This document shows positions 28,062 to 37,868 of a stretch of 64,000 nt of DNA, one piece after another. The stretch lies in assembly GCA_023423695.1 (NCBI GenBank), contig JAFAFA010000079.1:60293-124292 (forward strand). The letters are read 5' to 3'. This stretch comes from Pseudomonadota bacterium. Its GTDB lineage: Bacteria > Pseudomonadota > Alphaproteobacteria > Azospirillales > Azospirillaceae. Position numbers and translations under genes: made by a program. Within the stretch, counting starts at the first letter, position 1, and each line of letters begins with the position of its first letter. Below the pieces are notes generated by a model. That model was not told the origin of the DNA, searched no databases, and worked only from the letters and a program-made list of their open reading frames with translations.

Positions 28062-29660
28062 ATGCTCTATTTTTCGCGCTGGAAGATTTACCTGATCCTG
28101 GCGACCTGCATCGCCGGTTTCATCATGATGCTGCCCAACTTCCTGGGCCGCGACACGCTGGCGGCGCTGCCGTCCTGGTACGCGCACAGCAAGGTGTCGC
28201 TGGGCCTCGACCTGCGCGGCGGATCGCATCTGTTGCTCGAGGTCGACATGGCCACCGTCATCCGTGACCGGGTGGAAGGGCTGGTCGACGGCGCCCGGCA
28301 GCAGCTGCGCACCGCCAATGTCGGCTACACCGCGCTGAACGCCGGCGACCGCGCCGTGACCGTGCAGCTGCGCGACCCGGCACAGGCCGAAGACGCGGTG
28401 AAGGCGCTCCGCCAGCTGGCCAGCCCGGTGGGCGGGTCGACGCTGGGCGGCGGGCAGCCGGACCTGACCGTCTCGGTCGAAGGCGGCACGGTGACCGTCG
28501 CGCTGAGCGAGGTCGCGCTGCGCGACCGAGCCACCCAGGCCATCGAACAGTCGATCGAGATCGTCCGCCGCCGCATCGACGAGACCGGCGTGAACGAGCC
28601 GACCATCGCCCGCCAGGGCAACGACCGCATCCTGGTCCAGCTGCCCGGCGTGGAGGATCCCGACCGGATCAAGCGCCTGCTCGGCACCACGGCCAAGATG
28701 ACCTTCCGGCTGGTCGACGTGAACGCCGACCCCAACACCGGCCGCGCCCCTCCGGGATCGGAGATCCTGCCGTCCACCGAAGGCGACCGCTACCAGTCGA
28801 AATACGTCATCCGCAAGAAGGTCGAGGTCGACGGCGCCACGCTGCAGAACGCGTCGGCCGGCACCAACCCGCAGACCGGCGAATGGGTGGTGAACTTCGA
28901 GTTCAACACGGCGGGAGCCAACCGCTTCGCCGAAGTGACCAAGCAGAATGTCGGCCGGCCCTTCGCCATCGTGCTCGACAACAAGGTGATCAGCGCCCCG
29001 GTCATCCGCGAGCCGATCACCGGCGGACGCGGCCAGATCAGCGGCAACTTCACCGCCGCCAACGCCAACGACCTCGCCGTCCTGCTGCGCGCCGGCGCCC
29101 TGCCTGCTCCGCTGAAGGTGATCGAGGAGCGGACCGTCGGCCCCGACCTTGGCGCCGATTCGATCCGCGCCGGCCTGACCTCCGTCGCCGTTGGCTTCGT
29201 CATGGTCTGCGTCTACATGATCGCGTCCTACGGGCTGTTCGGCGCCTTCGCCTGCACCGCGCTGTTCGTGAACATCGTGCTGACGCTGGCGGCGCTGTCG
29301 CTGCTGCAGGCCACGCTGACCCTGCCGGGCATCGCCGGCATCCTGCTGTCGCTGGGCCTTGCGGTCGACGCCAACATCCTGATCAACGAGCGTATCCGCG
29401 AGGAGACGAAGAAGGGCCGCGGCGTCTTCGCGTCGATGGAGGCCGGCTTCAGCCGCGCCTACAGCACGATCGTCGACTCCAACCTGACGACGGCCATCAA
29501 GATGGTTCTGCTGTTCATCTTCGGCACGGGCGCCATCAAGGGCTTCGCCGTCACCATCACCTTCGGCATTCTCATCTCCATGTTCACCGCCACGGTGCTG
29601 GTGCGCCTGATGATGGTGACGTGGCTGCGCCGGACGCGTCCGGCCGTGTTGCCGGTCTGA
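28062..29660 (+). CDS. secD: Protein translocase subunit SecD
   Basis: LGLDLRGG, RRRIDETGV, TLPGIAG, AVDANILINERIREE. Confidence 0.97.
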   Translation: MLYFSRWKIYLILATCIAGFIMMLPNFLGRDTLAALPSWYAHSKVSLGLDLRGGSHLLLEVDMATVIRDRVEGLVDGARQQLRTANVGYTALNAGDRAVTVQLRDPAQAEDAVKALRQLASPVGGSTLGGGQPDLTVSVEGGTVTVALSEVALRDRATQAIEQSIEIVRRRIDETGVNEPTIARQGNDRILVQLPGVEDPDRIKRLLGTTAKMTFRLVDVNADPNTGRAPPGSEILPSTEGDRYQSKYVIRKKVEVDGATLQNASAGTNPQTGEWVVNFEFNTAGANRFAEVTKQNVGRPFAIVLDNKVISAPVIREPITGGRGQISGNFTAANANDLAVLLRAGALPAPLKVIEERTVGPDLGADSIRAGLTSVAVGFVMVCVYMIASYGLFGAFACTALFVNIVLTLAALSLLQATLTLPGIAGILLSLGLAVDANILINERIREETKKGRGVFASMEAGFSRAYSTIVDSNLTTAIKMVLLFIFGTGAIKGFAVTITFGILISMFTATVLVRLMMVTWLRRTRPAVLPV

Positions 29661-29671
29661 GAGGTTTTCCG

Positions 29672-30628
29672 ATGTTCCATCTCCGCCTCGTCCCCGACAA
29701 CACCAAGATCCCCTTCATGAACGGCCGCATCGCCGGCCTGGTCGTGTCGGCGGTCCTGTCCATCGCGTCGATCATCCTGTTCTTCCACCCCGGCCTGAAT
29801 TACGGCATCGACTTCCGCGGCGGCATCGTGATCGAAGCACGCACCCCGCAGGCCGCCGATTTCGGCTCGCTCCGTCATACGCTGTCCGGCCTCGGCATGG
29901 GGCAGGTGGCGCTGCAGGAGTTCGGGTCGCCCCAGGACGTTCTGATCCGCCTGGAACGCCAGCCCGGCGATGACGCTGCCCAGCAGGTCGCTGCCGACAA
30001 GGTGCGCAACACGCTTGCCGAAGCTGTCCCCGGCACGCAGGTGCGCCGCGTCGAGGCCGTCGGCGCCTCGGTCAGCGGCGAGCTGTTCGCCAACGGCATG
30101 CTGGCGCTCGGTCTCGCCATGGTGGCGATGCTGGTCTACATCTGGTTCCGCTTCGAATGGCAGTTCGGCTTCGGCGCGGTGGTGACCCTGTTGCTGGACA
30201 TCACCAAGATCATCGGCTTCTACGTCATCACCGACATGCAGTTCAATCTGACGGCGGTGGCGGCGATCCTGACGGTCATGGGCTATTCGGTGAACGATAA
30301 GGTCGTGGTCTACGACCGCATGCGCGAGAACCTGCGCATCTACAAGAAGATGCCGCTGCGCGACCTGATCGACCTGTCGATCAACGAGACGCTGAACCGC
30401 ACCGTCGGCACCTCGGTCTGTACGCTGCTGTCGATCATCCCGCTGGCCCTGTTCGGTGGCGAGGCGCTGCAGGACTTCGGCATCGTCCTGATCTTCGGCG
30501 TTATCCTTGCGACCAGCTCGTCCGTGTTCATCGCCGCTCCCATCTTGCTGTTCCTTGGCGAGAACCGCCTGCGGCGCGGCACCCCGACCGATGCGGCTGC
30601 GGGAAACACCCCGGCGACCACGCCGTAA
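29672..30628 (+). CDS. secF: Protein translocase subunit SecF
   Basis: GLNYGIDFRGG, GYSVNDKVVVYDRMRE, SINETLNRT. Confidence 0.97.
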   Translation: MFHLRLVPDNTKIPFMNGRIAGLVVSAVLSIASIILFFHPGLNYGIDFRGGIVIEARTPQAADFGSLRHTLSGLGMGQVALQEFGSPQDVLIRLERQPGDDAAQQVAADKVRNTLAEAVPGTQVRRVEAVGASVSGELFANGMLALGLAMVAMLVYIWFRFEWQFGFGAVVTLLLDITKIIGFYVITDMQFNLTAVAAILTVMGYSVNDKVVVYDRMRENLRIYKKMPLRDLIDLSINETLNRTVGTSVCTLLSIIPLALFGGEALQDFGIVLIFGVILATSSSVFIAAPILLFLGENRLRRGTPTDAAAGNTPATTP

Positions 30629-30659
30629 ATCCGGGCGACAAAGGTAAGGAGAGGGCAGC

Positions 30660-31037
30660 ATGGCCGACATCATGCCGATGATCCCGTCGGACCGTCAGGT
30701 CATCGACGGCTATGGTCCGGGACAGTTCTGCGTCTCCGGCCAATGGCGGGTCGGCGCGGTGGTCGTGCTGCCCGACCGCACCCAGGCCTGGGGGGCGACC
30801 GATGCCGCTTCCCTGACCCTGGAGGATTTCGCCGTGGTGCTGGCGGCCGAGCCGAAGGTGGAAATCCTGCTGCTCGGCACCGGCCCGACCATGACGATGA
30901 TCCCGAAGGCGCTTCGCCTGAGCCTGCGCGAGCAGGGGGTGGTGGTGGAGCCGATGGACAGCCGCGCGGTGTGTCGGACCTACAACGTCCTGTTGGCCGA
31001 AGGGCGGCGGGTGGCGGCTGCGATGCTGCCGGTGTAG
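30660..31037 (+). CDS. Mth938-like protein (NDUFAF3/AAMDC family)
   Basis: IDGYGPG, EILLLGTG, EPMDSRAVCRTYNVLLAEGRRVAAA. Confidence 0.92.
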   Translation: MADIMPMIPSDRQVIDGYGPGQFCVSGQWRVGAVVVLPDRTQAWGATDAASLTLEDFAVVLAAEPKVEILLLGTGPTMTMIPKALRLSLREQGVVVEPMDSRAVCRTYNVLLAEGRRVAAAMLPV

Positions 31038-31064
31038 ACGGCGAAGCCATCGGGTCAGATGCGA

Positions 31065-31097
31065 CAAAGGCGCCCCTTTCGGGGCGCCTTTGCTTTT
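31065..31097. terminator. Bidirectional intrinsic terminator between the secDF operon and sodB
   Basis: CAAAGGCGCCCC-TTTC-GGGGCGCCTTTG followed by CTTTT. Confidence 0.85.
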
Positions 31098-31119
31098 GGC
31101 GAACACCTCACGGCGCTTG

Positions 31120-31181
31120 CCCCCACCCTGATCCTCCCCCGCCCTCGGCCGGCAAGGCCGGTCCGATGGCAGGGGAGGGAG
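31120..31181. repeat. REP-like extragenic palindrome
   Basis: CCCCCACCCTGATCCTCCCCCGC...GCAGGGGAGGGA resembles the ccctccccc...ggggaggg intergenic repeat class of alphaproteobacteria; only one copy in the window. Confidence 0.45.
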
Positions 31182-31203
31182 ATGGAGCGCGCCGGACGGG
31201 ACG

Positions 31204-31797
31204 TCAGGCAGCCAGCTGCTCGGCGGCGAAGTCCCAGTTGGCGAGGTTGTCGATGACCGCCTTCACGAAGTCGGCGCGGCGGTTCTGGAAATCGACGTAG
31301 TAGGCATGCTCCCACACGTCGATGGTGAACAGCGGCTTGTGGCCGTGCGCCAGCGGGGTGTCGGCGTTGCCGGTCTTGCCGATCTTCAGCTTGTCGCCGT
31401 CCAGGTACAGCCAGGCCCAGCCGGAACCGAACTGGGTCAGGGCGGCCTGGGTCAGCTCTTCCTTGAACTTTTCGACGCTGCCGAAGTCGGCAACGATCCG
31501 CTGCTCCAGGGCCGCCGGCATCTTGCCGCCGTCCTTCTTCAGGCACTGCCAGAAGAAGGTGTGGTTCCACACCTGGGCGGCGTTGTTGAAGATGCCGACC
31601 TTGGACGCGTCGCCGGCCGAGGCCTTGATGACCTCCTCCAGGCTGGCATTTGCCAGCGGGGTGTCCTTGGTCAGGTTGTTCAGGTTGGTGACGTAGGTCT
31701 GGTGGTGCTTGTCGTGATGCAGGTGCAGCGTCTCCGACGAGATGTACGGAGCCAGAGCGTCGTACGCATACGGAAGCGGCGGAAGTTCGAACGCCAT
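31204..31797 (-). CDS. sodB: Fe superoxide dismutase
   Basis: MAFELPPLPYAYDALAP, HHDKHH, FNNAAQVWNH (Fe-type signature), DVWEHAYY. Confidence 0.95.
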   Translation of the reverse strand: MAFELPPLPYAYDALAPYISSETLHLHHDKHHQTYVTNLNNLTKDTPLANASLEEVIKASAGDASKVGIFNNAAQVWNHTFFWQCLKKDGGKMPAALEQRIVADFGSVEKFKEELTQAALTQFGSGWAWLYLDGDKLKIGKTGNADTPLAHGHKPLFTIDVWEHAYYVDFQNRRADFVKAVIDNLANWDFAAEQLAA

Positions 31798-31803
31798 TTT
31801 AAT

Positions 31804-33225
31804 TCACCCTCTCTTCTTTGATTGTCCTTCCGGGCCGGGCCTTGCGAGCACGGCACCTCCGTCCGACCAAATAGGCCGACGACGGAAGCTTGTGAAGGCC
31901 GGAAAACGTCTAGAACGTCTTATAGGGTTATTTCCATTCGACAAAGCGGCATCGGCCGCCCGATTTCCCGAGCGTACGGCCGCCTCCAACGTGGCTGGCA
32001 GCCCCATTTCCGTCCAATCTCCGGCTAGCGTCAGGTTGCGCCAGCGGGTGAGCGGTCCCGGCCGGCGTGCGACCGATTCGGGCGACTGGTCCGGCGTCGC
32101 CCGCCTCTCCTTCACCAGTCGGAAGGGCCGAATCGGGGGTCCGAGTCGCTGGTCCAGGCCAAGCTGCGGTGCGACCTCCGCCCACAGTTTCGCGGCGGCC
32201 ACATCGACCGGAAGCTCGGCCAGCGCGTCGGCATCGCTGACGGTGACGGACAGCAGGTCGTCGCGGGCGAACAGCCACTCCGCCGTTCCGCCGACCAGCC
32301 CCAGGAAGGGCAGGCCGCCGGGCAGCCGCACCGGGTCGTCGAGCCGGACATGCAGGTTGACGATGGCCGCACCCGGCGGCGGTGCGGTCAGGCCGGGCAC
32401 CAGCCGTTCCGCCACCCAGGCCGGGGCGGCGACGATCACATCGTCCGCCGGGCCCAGGGTCACAGTGCTTCCGGCAGCTGAAAAGCCGGTCACGCGATCG
32501 CCATCGAAGTTCAGCCCGTCCACCCGAGCACCGAGATGCACGGACGCTCCGGCCGCATGCAGACGGGTCAGCGCCGGATCGACGAAGGCGGCGGACAGGC
32601 CGCGCGGAGCCAGCACCGGGCGGCAGGCCGCTTCGCCGCGCAGCAGCGTCTCGCGCAGAACCGCGCCGAAGAGACGGGCGGAGACGCGTTCCACCGGGCC
32701 ATTGAGGGCGGAGACCGCCAGCGGGCGCCACAGCGGCTCGAACAGTCGGCCATCTGGTCGCAGGCGATCGGCGACGGAGTGATTCTCGCGGGCGGTCAGG
32801 GTGCGCAGGGCGGCGAGATAGTCGAGGGGGCGGCTGCCGGGAACCCGCCGCGCCGCATCGAACAGCCACAGCCCGCCGGGCCTCAAGGTCCAGGCGGCGC
32901 CGTCCCGCAGGTCCAGGAAGGGGAAGGCAGCCGGGCGGACCTCCTCCAGGGCATCGGTACCGCCGGTGCGTCGGGCGTAATCGAGGAGATCCCGGTTGCC
33001 GCTGAGCACCATATGACTGCCATTGTCGATGGAGCGGCCGAGCGTGGCGTCGTGGAAGCTGCGGCAGCGTCCGCCGGCCTGTGGAGCCTGCTCGTAGACT
33101 GCGACCCGCCTGCCGGCTTCCGTCAATCTTACGGCTGCTGCGAGACCGGCCAGCCCCGCGCCGATCACATGGACGGTCCCGCTCTCATGGGCGGCCCGGA
33201 TCCCGACAGTTGATGCCGGCGTCAT
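31804..33225 (-). CDS. hpnE: Hydroxysqualene dehydroxylase HpnE (apparent C-terminal extension)
   Basis: VIGAGLAGLAAA, AGGRCRS, IDNGSH, ERRATP, LAGDWT..LPATLEAAVRSG; follows hpnC and hpnD. Confidence 0.88.
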   Translation of the reverse strand: MTPASTVGIRAAHESGTVHVIGAGLAGLAAAVRLTEAGRRVAVYEQAPQAGGRCRSFHDATLGRSIDNGSHMVLSGNRDLLDYARRTGGTDALEEVRPAAFPFLDLRDGAAWTLRPGGLWLFDAARRVPGSRPLDYLAALRTLTARENHSVADRLRPDGRLFEPLWRPLAVSALNGPVERVSARLFGAVLRETLLRGEAACRPVLAPRGLSAAFVDPALTRLHAAGASVHLGARVDGLNFDGDRVTGFSAAGSTVTLGPADDVIVAAPAWVAERLVPGLTAPPPGAAIVNLHVRLDDPVRLPGGLPFLGLVGGTAEWLFARDDLLSVTVSDADALAELPVDVAAAKLWAEVAPQLGLDQRLGPPIRPFRLVKERRATPDQSPESVARRPGPLTRWRNLTLAGDWTEMGLPATLEAAVRSGNRAADAALSNGNNPIRRSRRFPAFTSFRRRPIWSDGGAVLARPGPEGQSKKRG

Positions 33226-34167
33226 TCAGGTGGCCGGCGGCAGGCCGAGCATGCAGCGCACCGCCACCCAGGCGCTTTCCCGCCGCCCGACACGGACACG
33301 GGCGTTCAGGTCGCGCCAGCCCGCCGCCCGCAGGCGCCGCAGCAGCCGGTGATACAGCACCATCATCGCCGTGGCCGCCCACAGCGAGCCCCGCGCCTGT
33401 CCGCCGACAGCCTCCCTGGCTTCGGCGAAGCGGGCTTCTGCGAGTTCCGCCAGCGCCTCGCAGGCCTGCGGCAGAGCGGGGTGTGCCAACACTTCCTCCG
33501 GCCGGTCGCTGGTGATGCCGGCGGCCAGCAGAAGCTCGCGCGGCAGGTAGAGCCGGTCGAGGTCTGCATCCTCGCCCAGATCGCGCAGGATGTTGGTCAG
33601 CTGCAGGGCTTCGCCCAGAGCCAGCGCGAATCTCTCGGTTGAGGGTTCGGCGCGGTCGAAGACGCGGATCGCCAGCATGCCGACGGCGCCGGCGACGCGG
33701 CGGCAATAAAGGCGCAAGGTGTCGAGGTCGGGCGCACGCATGCCGCCGGAAGCCTCTCCGGCCACATCCATGGCCATGCCATCGATCAGCGCCTCGAACT
33801 CCGCCCGCGGCAGGCCGTAGCGCTCGATGGCGCCCTTCAGTGCGGCGGTGAGCGGACCGTTGGGCGCGCCGCCGACATACAGATCTCGGATGTCCCGGCG
33901 CCAGACGTCGAGCGCCGCGCGCTTGGCGGCGGGCTCGCCCGGCTCGTCGGCGATGTCGTCGATACGGCGGCAGAAGGCATAGATGGCGAACATCGCCGCC
34001 CGCTTGGACGCGGGCAGCAGACGCATCGGCCAGTAGAAGGTGCTGCCCGACTTTGCAGTAACGGCCGAGGCCGTATTGGGTGTCTTCTTGTCCGGCAACG
34101 TCGTGGATACCGGTTCCAGCGGGGCCGTCTCCAGCGGCGGAGGGGTCATCTGTCGCATCCTGGGCAT
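33226..34167 (-). CDS. hpnD: Presqualene diphosphate synthase HpnD (start uncertain)
   Basis: SGSTFYWPM, YAFCRRIDDIAD, YCRRVAGAVG, QLTNILRD. Confidence 0.9.
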   Translation of the reverse strand: MPRMRQMTPPPLETAPLEPVSTTLPDKKTPNTASAVTAKSGSTFYWPMRLLPASKRAAMFAIYAFCRRIDDIADEPGEPAAKRAALDVWRRDIRDLYVGGAPNGPLTAALKGAIERYGLPRAEFEALIDGMAMDVAGEASGGMRAPDLDTLRLYCRRVAGAVGMLAIRVFDRAEPSTERFALALGEALQLTNILRDLGEDADLDRLYLPRELLLAAGITSDRPEEVLAHPALPQACEALAELAEARFAEAREAVGGQARGSLWAATAMMVLYHRLLRRLRAAGWRDLNARVRVGRRESAWVAVRCMLGLPPAT

Positions 34168-34218
34168 TGCACGCGGTGACGTGCCTGGCGTGCACGTCGT
34201 GACGTGTGGCCCAGGAGT

Positions 34219-35091
34219 TTATGCGGCGGAGAAGCTCCGCGCCAGCCCCCGCGCCACCGCTGCCAGCTTGTGGTGCGCGCCCAGCGTGACCTTCGCCTTC
34301 ATCGGGTCGCGCGCCTTCAGCCGCCGCGACAGCGATTCGGCGAGGCTGAGGATCACGGCCGCCTCCATCCGCAGGCCGCGGTGCTGGATCAGGCCCGGCA
34401 GGGCCGCCGCCCGTTCCAGCAGCCTGTCGGTATGCTCCAGCGCCTGATCGAAGATGGCGCGCATGCGGACGTCGCTCTCGCACTCGACCAGACGTTCGAC
34501 GCTGATGCCGGCGTCGTCGAACCAGACCAGCGGAATGTAGCAGCGGCCGAGCTGGGTCCAGTCCTCCCGCGCGTCCTGCAGATGGTTCAGCACCTGCAAT
34601 GCGGAGCAGAGCGCGTCGGAGGCCGGACCGGCCGCCACCCCCTCGCCATGCAGCTCCAGCAGGTAGCGGCCGACCGGGTTGGCGGAGAAGCGGCAATACA
34701 GCAGCAGGTCGCTCCAGCTGTGGCAGCGGGCGCCGACCGCGTCGCGGCGGAAGGCGCGCAGCACCTGCCGGGCATGGCGGTCGCTGACGCCGGTCTTCTG
34801 CAGGCTCTCGCGCAGCTCGGTCGCCGGCTTGAGATAGGCGTGCTTGGCCTGGCCGGAGGTCAGCGCCCGTTCGAGCGCCTCAAGGTAAGCCAGCTTGGTC
34901 TCCGGCTCGAGATCGGGATCGTCGGCGATGTCGTCGGCCAGCCGCACGAAGCGGTAGAAGGCGATCACATGGGGGCGCAGATGTTTCGGAATCAGGCGGG
35001 AGGCGACCGGGAAATTCTCCCCCGTCTCGTCCTTGCGGGCGACCGGACCGGTCTTGCGGGGCTTCGTCGGGGCGATGTTGAAATCCGTCAT
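34219..35091 (-). CDS. hpnC: Hydroxysqualene synthase HpnC
   Basis: ENFPVASRL, RLADDIAD, YCRFSANPVGR, ALQVLNHLQD. Confidence 0.92.
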   Translation of the reverse strand: MTDFNIAPTKPRKTGPVARKDETGENFPVASRLIPKHLRPHVIAFYRFVRLADDIADDPDLEPETKLAYLEALERALTSGQAKHAYLKPATELRESLQKTGVSDRHARQVLRAFRRDAVGARCHSWSDLLLYCRFSANPVGRYLLELHGEGVAAGPASDALCSALQVLNHLQDAREDWTQLGRCYIPLVWFDDAGISVERLVECESDVRMRAIFDQALEHTDRLLERAAALPGLIQHRGLRMEAAVILSLAESLSRRLKARDPMKAKVTLGAHHKLAAVARGLARSFSAA

Positions 35092-35214
35092 GGGATCCCT
35101 GCCTGCTGCGCGTCGGGGCTGGCGATGCGACCTTGTGTGCTTCATATAGGCGTGGCAACAGGCTTTGGCCCGTCCTTCCGTCGATCCTCCCCACTTTTTC
35201 CAATCAGGCATCCC

Positions 35215-36069
35215 ATGGTGAAGGCTGCGACCGACCTGTCCTATTGCGGACGGGAGGTTCGGAAATATGACAACGACCACTTTCTGGCAGGTCTGTTCGC
35301 TCCCGCCGACAGGCGCGAGGCGATGTTCGCGCTCTACGCCTTCAACCTGGAGATCGCGAAGACCCGCGAGGTCGTCAGCGAGCCGATCCTGGGCCAGATG
35401 AGGCTGCAATTCTGGCGCGACGGCATCGAGGCCGTCTATGAGGATGGACCCGTACCCCGGCATGGCGTGATGGACCCGCTGGCCGAGGCCGCGCGCGGGC
35501 TGGGACTGAGCCGCACCCTGTTCGACCGGCTGATCGACGCGCGGGAGGCCGACCTGGACGACACGCCGCCGGCCGACCTGACCTGCCTCGTCAACTATGC
35601 CGAGGTGACGGGCGCGCCGCTGGTCCAACTGGCGCTGGAGATCCTGGGCGTGCGGGACGGGGAGGCGATGCAGGCCGGCCGCCATGTCGGCATCGCCTAT
35701 GCCCTCGCCGGCATCCTGCGCGCGGCGCCCTTCCTGGCCCGCCAGCATCGCCAGCGCCTGCCGGAAGACCTGATGCAGCGCCATGGCGCCAAGAGCGAGG
35801 ATCTGTTTGCCGGCCGCTCCACTGCGGAACTGCGGTCGGTGGTGGGCGAGATCGCCGAGGTTGCGCGCGGGCATCTGGCCGAGGCGCGCGCCCTGCGCCG
35901 TCAGGTGCCGAAGGCGGCGGTGCCGGCGCTGCTGCCGGCCACGCTGGCCGACCTGCATCTGGGCGTGATCGCGCGGGAGGGGAACGACGTGTTCGCCCCG
36001 CGCGTGCTGCTGCCGAATCCGTTCCGGCAGATGAAGCTGGGCTGGGCCGCGATGCGCGGGCGCTACTGA
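35215..36069 (+). CDS. Squalene/phytoene synthase-like protein, NDUFAF6 type
   Basis: ALYAFNLEIAKTREVVSEPILGQMRLQFWRD; lacks the DDxxD motifs of HpnC and HpnD. Confidence 0.85.
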   Translation: MVKAATDLSYCGREVRKYDNDHFLAGLFAPADRREAMFALYAFNLEIAKTREVVSEPILGQMRLQFWRDGIEAVYEDGPVPRHGVMDPLAEAARGLGLSRTLFDRLIDAREADLDDTPPADLTCLVNYAEVTGAPLVQLALEILGVRDGEAMQAGRHVGIAYALAGILRAAPFLARQHRQRLPEDLMQRHGAKSEDLFAGRSTAELRSVVGEIAEVARGHLAEARALRRQVPKAAVPALLPATLADLHLGVIAREGNDVFAPRVLLPNPFRQMKLGWAAMRGRY

Positions 36070-36091
36070 CACCCGCGCGACTTTACGCCCG

Positions 36092-37435
36092 TCAGTCCTT
36101 GAGCCAGCCGTCGAGGTCGCCCAGCGCCCGGCGGGTGTAGGCCAGCTTGCGGTCGCGGCCGCGGATCTTGTCGTCGACCGGCGGGAACAGGCCGAAGTTG
36201 ACGTTCATCGGCTGGTAGGTCTCGGCCTCCGCCCCCCCGGTGATGTGGCCGAGGATGGCGCCGAGCGCGGTGGTGACGGGCGGCTTGGTGATCTCCTGGC
36301 CCAGACGTTCCGCCGCGGCGAAACGGCCGGCGAGCAGGCCGACGGCCGCGCTCTCGACATAGCCCTCGCAGCCCGTGACCTGCCCGGCGAAGCGCAGGCG
36401 GGGCAGCGACTTCAGACGCAGGGCGCCGTCGAGCAGGCGCGGGCTGTTGAGGAAGGTGTTGCGGTGCATGCCGCCCAGCCGGGCGAACTCGGCATTCTCC
36501 AGGCCGGGGATCATGCGGAAGATCCGCGCCTGTTCGGCGTGGCGCAGCTTGGTCTGGAAACCGACGAGGTTGTAGAGCGTGCCCAGCGCATTGTCCTGGC
36601 GCAGCTGCACCACGGCATAGGGGCGGCGTTCCGGCTTGTGCGGGTTGGTCAGGCCGACCGGCTTCATCGGGCCGTAGCGCAGGGTGTCGACGCCGCGCTC
36701 CGCCATCACCTCGATCGGCAGGCAGCCTTCGAAGTAGGGGGTGTTCTTCTCCCACTCCTTGAAGTCGAGTTTCTCGCCCTCGATCAGCGCGGCGATGAAG
36801 GCGCGGTATTCGTCCTTCTCGAAGGCACAGTTGATGTAGTCCTTGCCGGTTCCGCCGGGGCCGGGCTTGTCGTAGCGCGACTGGAACCACGCCTTCGACA
36901 GGTCGATGCTCTCCAGATAGACGATGGGAGCGATGGCGTCGAAGAAGGCCAGCGATTCCTCGCCGGTGTGGTCGCGCACGGCTTCCGCCAGGGCGGGGGA
37001 GGTGAGGGGGCCGGTGGCGACGATGACGCTGTCCCACTCCTCCGGCGGCAGGCCGGCGACCTCCTCGCGCTGCAGGGTGATGAGGGGGTGCGAGGCAATG
37101 GCCTCCGTCACCGCATCGGCGAAGCCGTCGCGGTCCATGGCCAGCGCGCCGCCGGCCGGCACCTTGTGCGCGTCGGCGCAGCGCAGGATCAGCGAGCCGC
37201 AGCGCCGCATCTCCTCATGCAGCAGCCCGACCGCGTTGTATTCGGCGTCGTCCGACCGGAAGGAGTTGGAGCAGACCAGCTCCGCCAGCTTGTCGGTATC
37301 GTGGGCCTCGGTCTTGCGGACCGGCCGCATCTCGTGCAGCACGACGGGCACGCCGCGCGAGGCGAGCTGCCACGCGGCTTCCGATCCGGCGAGACCGCCG
37401 CCGATGACATGGACGGGGCGAAGGGTGTCGGTCAT
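36092..37435 (-). CDS. trmFO: tRNA (uracil-5-)-methyltransferase TrmFO
   Basis: [52 protein letters not shown]. Confidence 0.96.
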   Translation of the reverse strand: MTDTLRPVHVIGGGLAGSEAAWQLASRGVPVVLHEMRPVRKTEAHDTDKLAELVCSNSFRSDDAEYNAVGLLHEEMRRCGSLILRCADAHKVPAGGALAMDRDGFADAVTEAIASHPLITLQREEVAGLPPEEWDSVIVATGPLTSPALAEAVRDHTGEESLAFFDAIAPIVYLESIDLSKAWFQSRYDKPGPGGTGKDYINCAFEKDEYRAFIAALIEGEKLDFKEWEKNTPYFEGCLPIEVMAERGVDTLRYGPMKPVGLTNPHKPERRPYAVVQLRQDNALGTLYNLVGFQTKLRHAEQARIFRMIPGLENAEFARLGGMHRNTFLNSPRLLDGALRLKSLPRLRFAGQVTGCEGYVESAAVGLLAGRFAAAERLGQEITKPPVTTALGAILGHITGGAEAETYQPMNVNFGLFPPVDDKIRGRDRKLAYTRRALGDLDGWLKD

Positions 37436-37611
37436 TGAGACGATATTCCAGACAAAAGACTGCGGATGATTCGCGCGCAATCTAGGCTGTCTGCGCCCAA
37501 AACGACAGTCCTCAAATGGCGGCGCGCCAATACAGATCGGCCGGCCCCCACAGGGAAGGCCGGCCGCAAGTCGATCAGGAGTCAATCAGAACCGTGAAGT
37601 CGAGCGGAGGC

Positions 37612-37806
37612 TCACTCGCTCTTGGTCGTCGTGCTGCGTTCGATGGTGGTGGCTCCGGTCGGGGCCGGGGTCACAGTGGTCGAACCGTAGCTCGGCGTGG
37701 TGGTCGTGGTGGTCGTCGTGCTGGTGGTGGAGCCGTCGGAGCCGCAGGCGGCCAGCAGCAGCGCGGCCCCCAGGGCGGTGCCCACACCGGTCAGAATTGT
37801 CTTCAT
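37612..37806 (-). CDS. Small Thr/Ser-rich lipoprotein (64 aa)
   Basis: MKTILTGVGTALGAALLLAAC lipobox, then GSDGSTTSTTTTTTTTPSYG...; purine-rich RBS (GAAGAGG); hairpin downstream at about 37537-37567. Confidence 0.75.
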   Translation of the reverse strand: MKTILTGVGTALGAALLLAACGSDGSTTSTTTTTTTTPSYGSTTVTPAPTGATTIERSTTTKSE

Positions 37807-37868
37807 GCGCCTCTTCTCCCATGCAGTGCGAACTCTGCAGGGGAGAACACGGCGCAGCTTGCGTTTGT

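Noticed and set aside
31909..31925. Possible Irr (ICE) box upstream of sodB
   Set aside because: Only the left half (TCTAGAA) matches TTTAGAA-N3-TTCTAAA.
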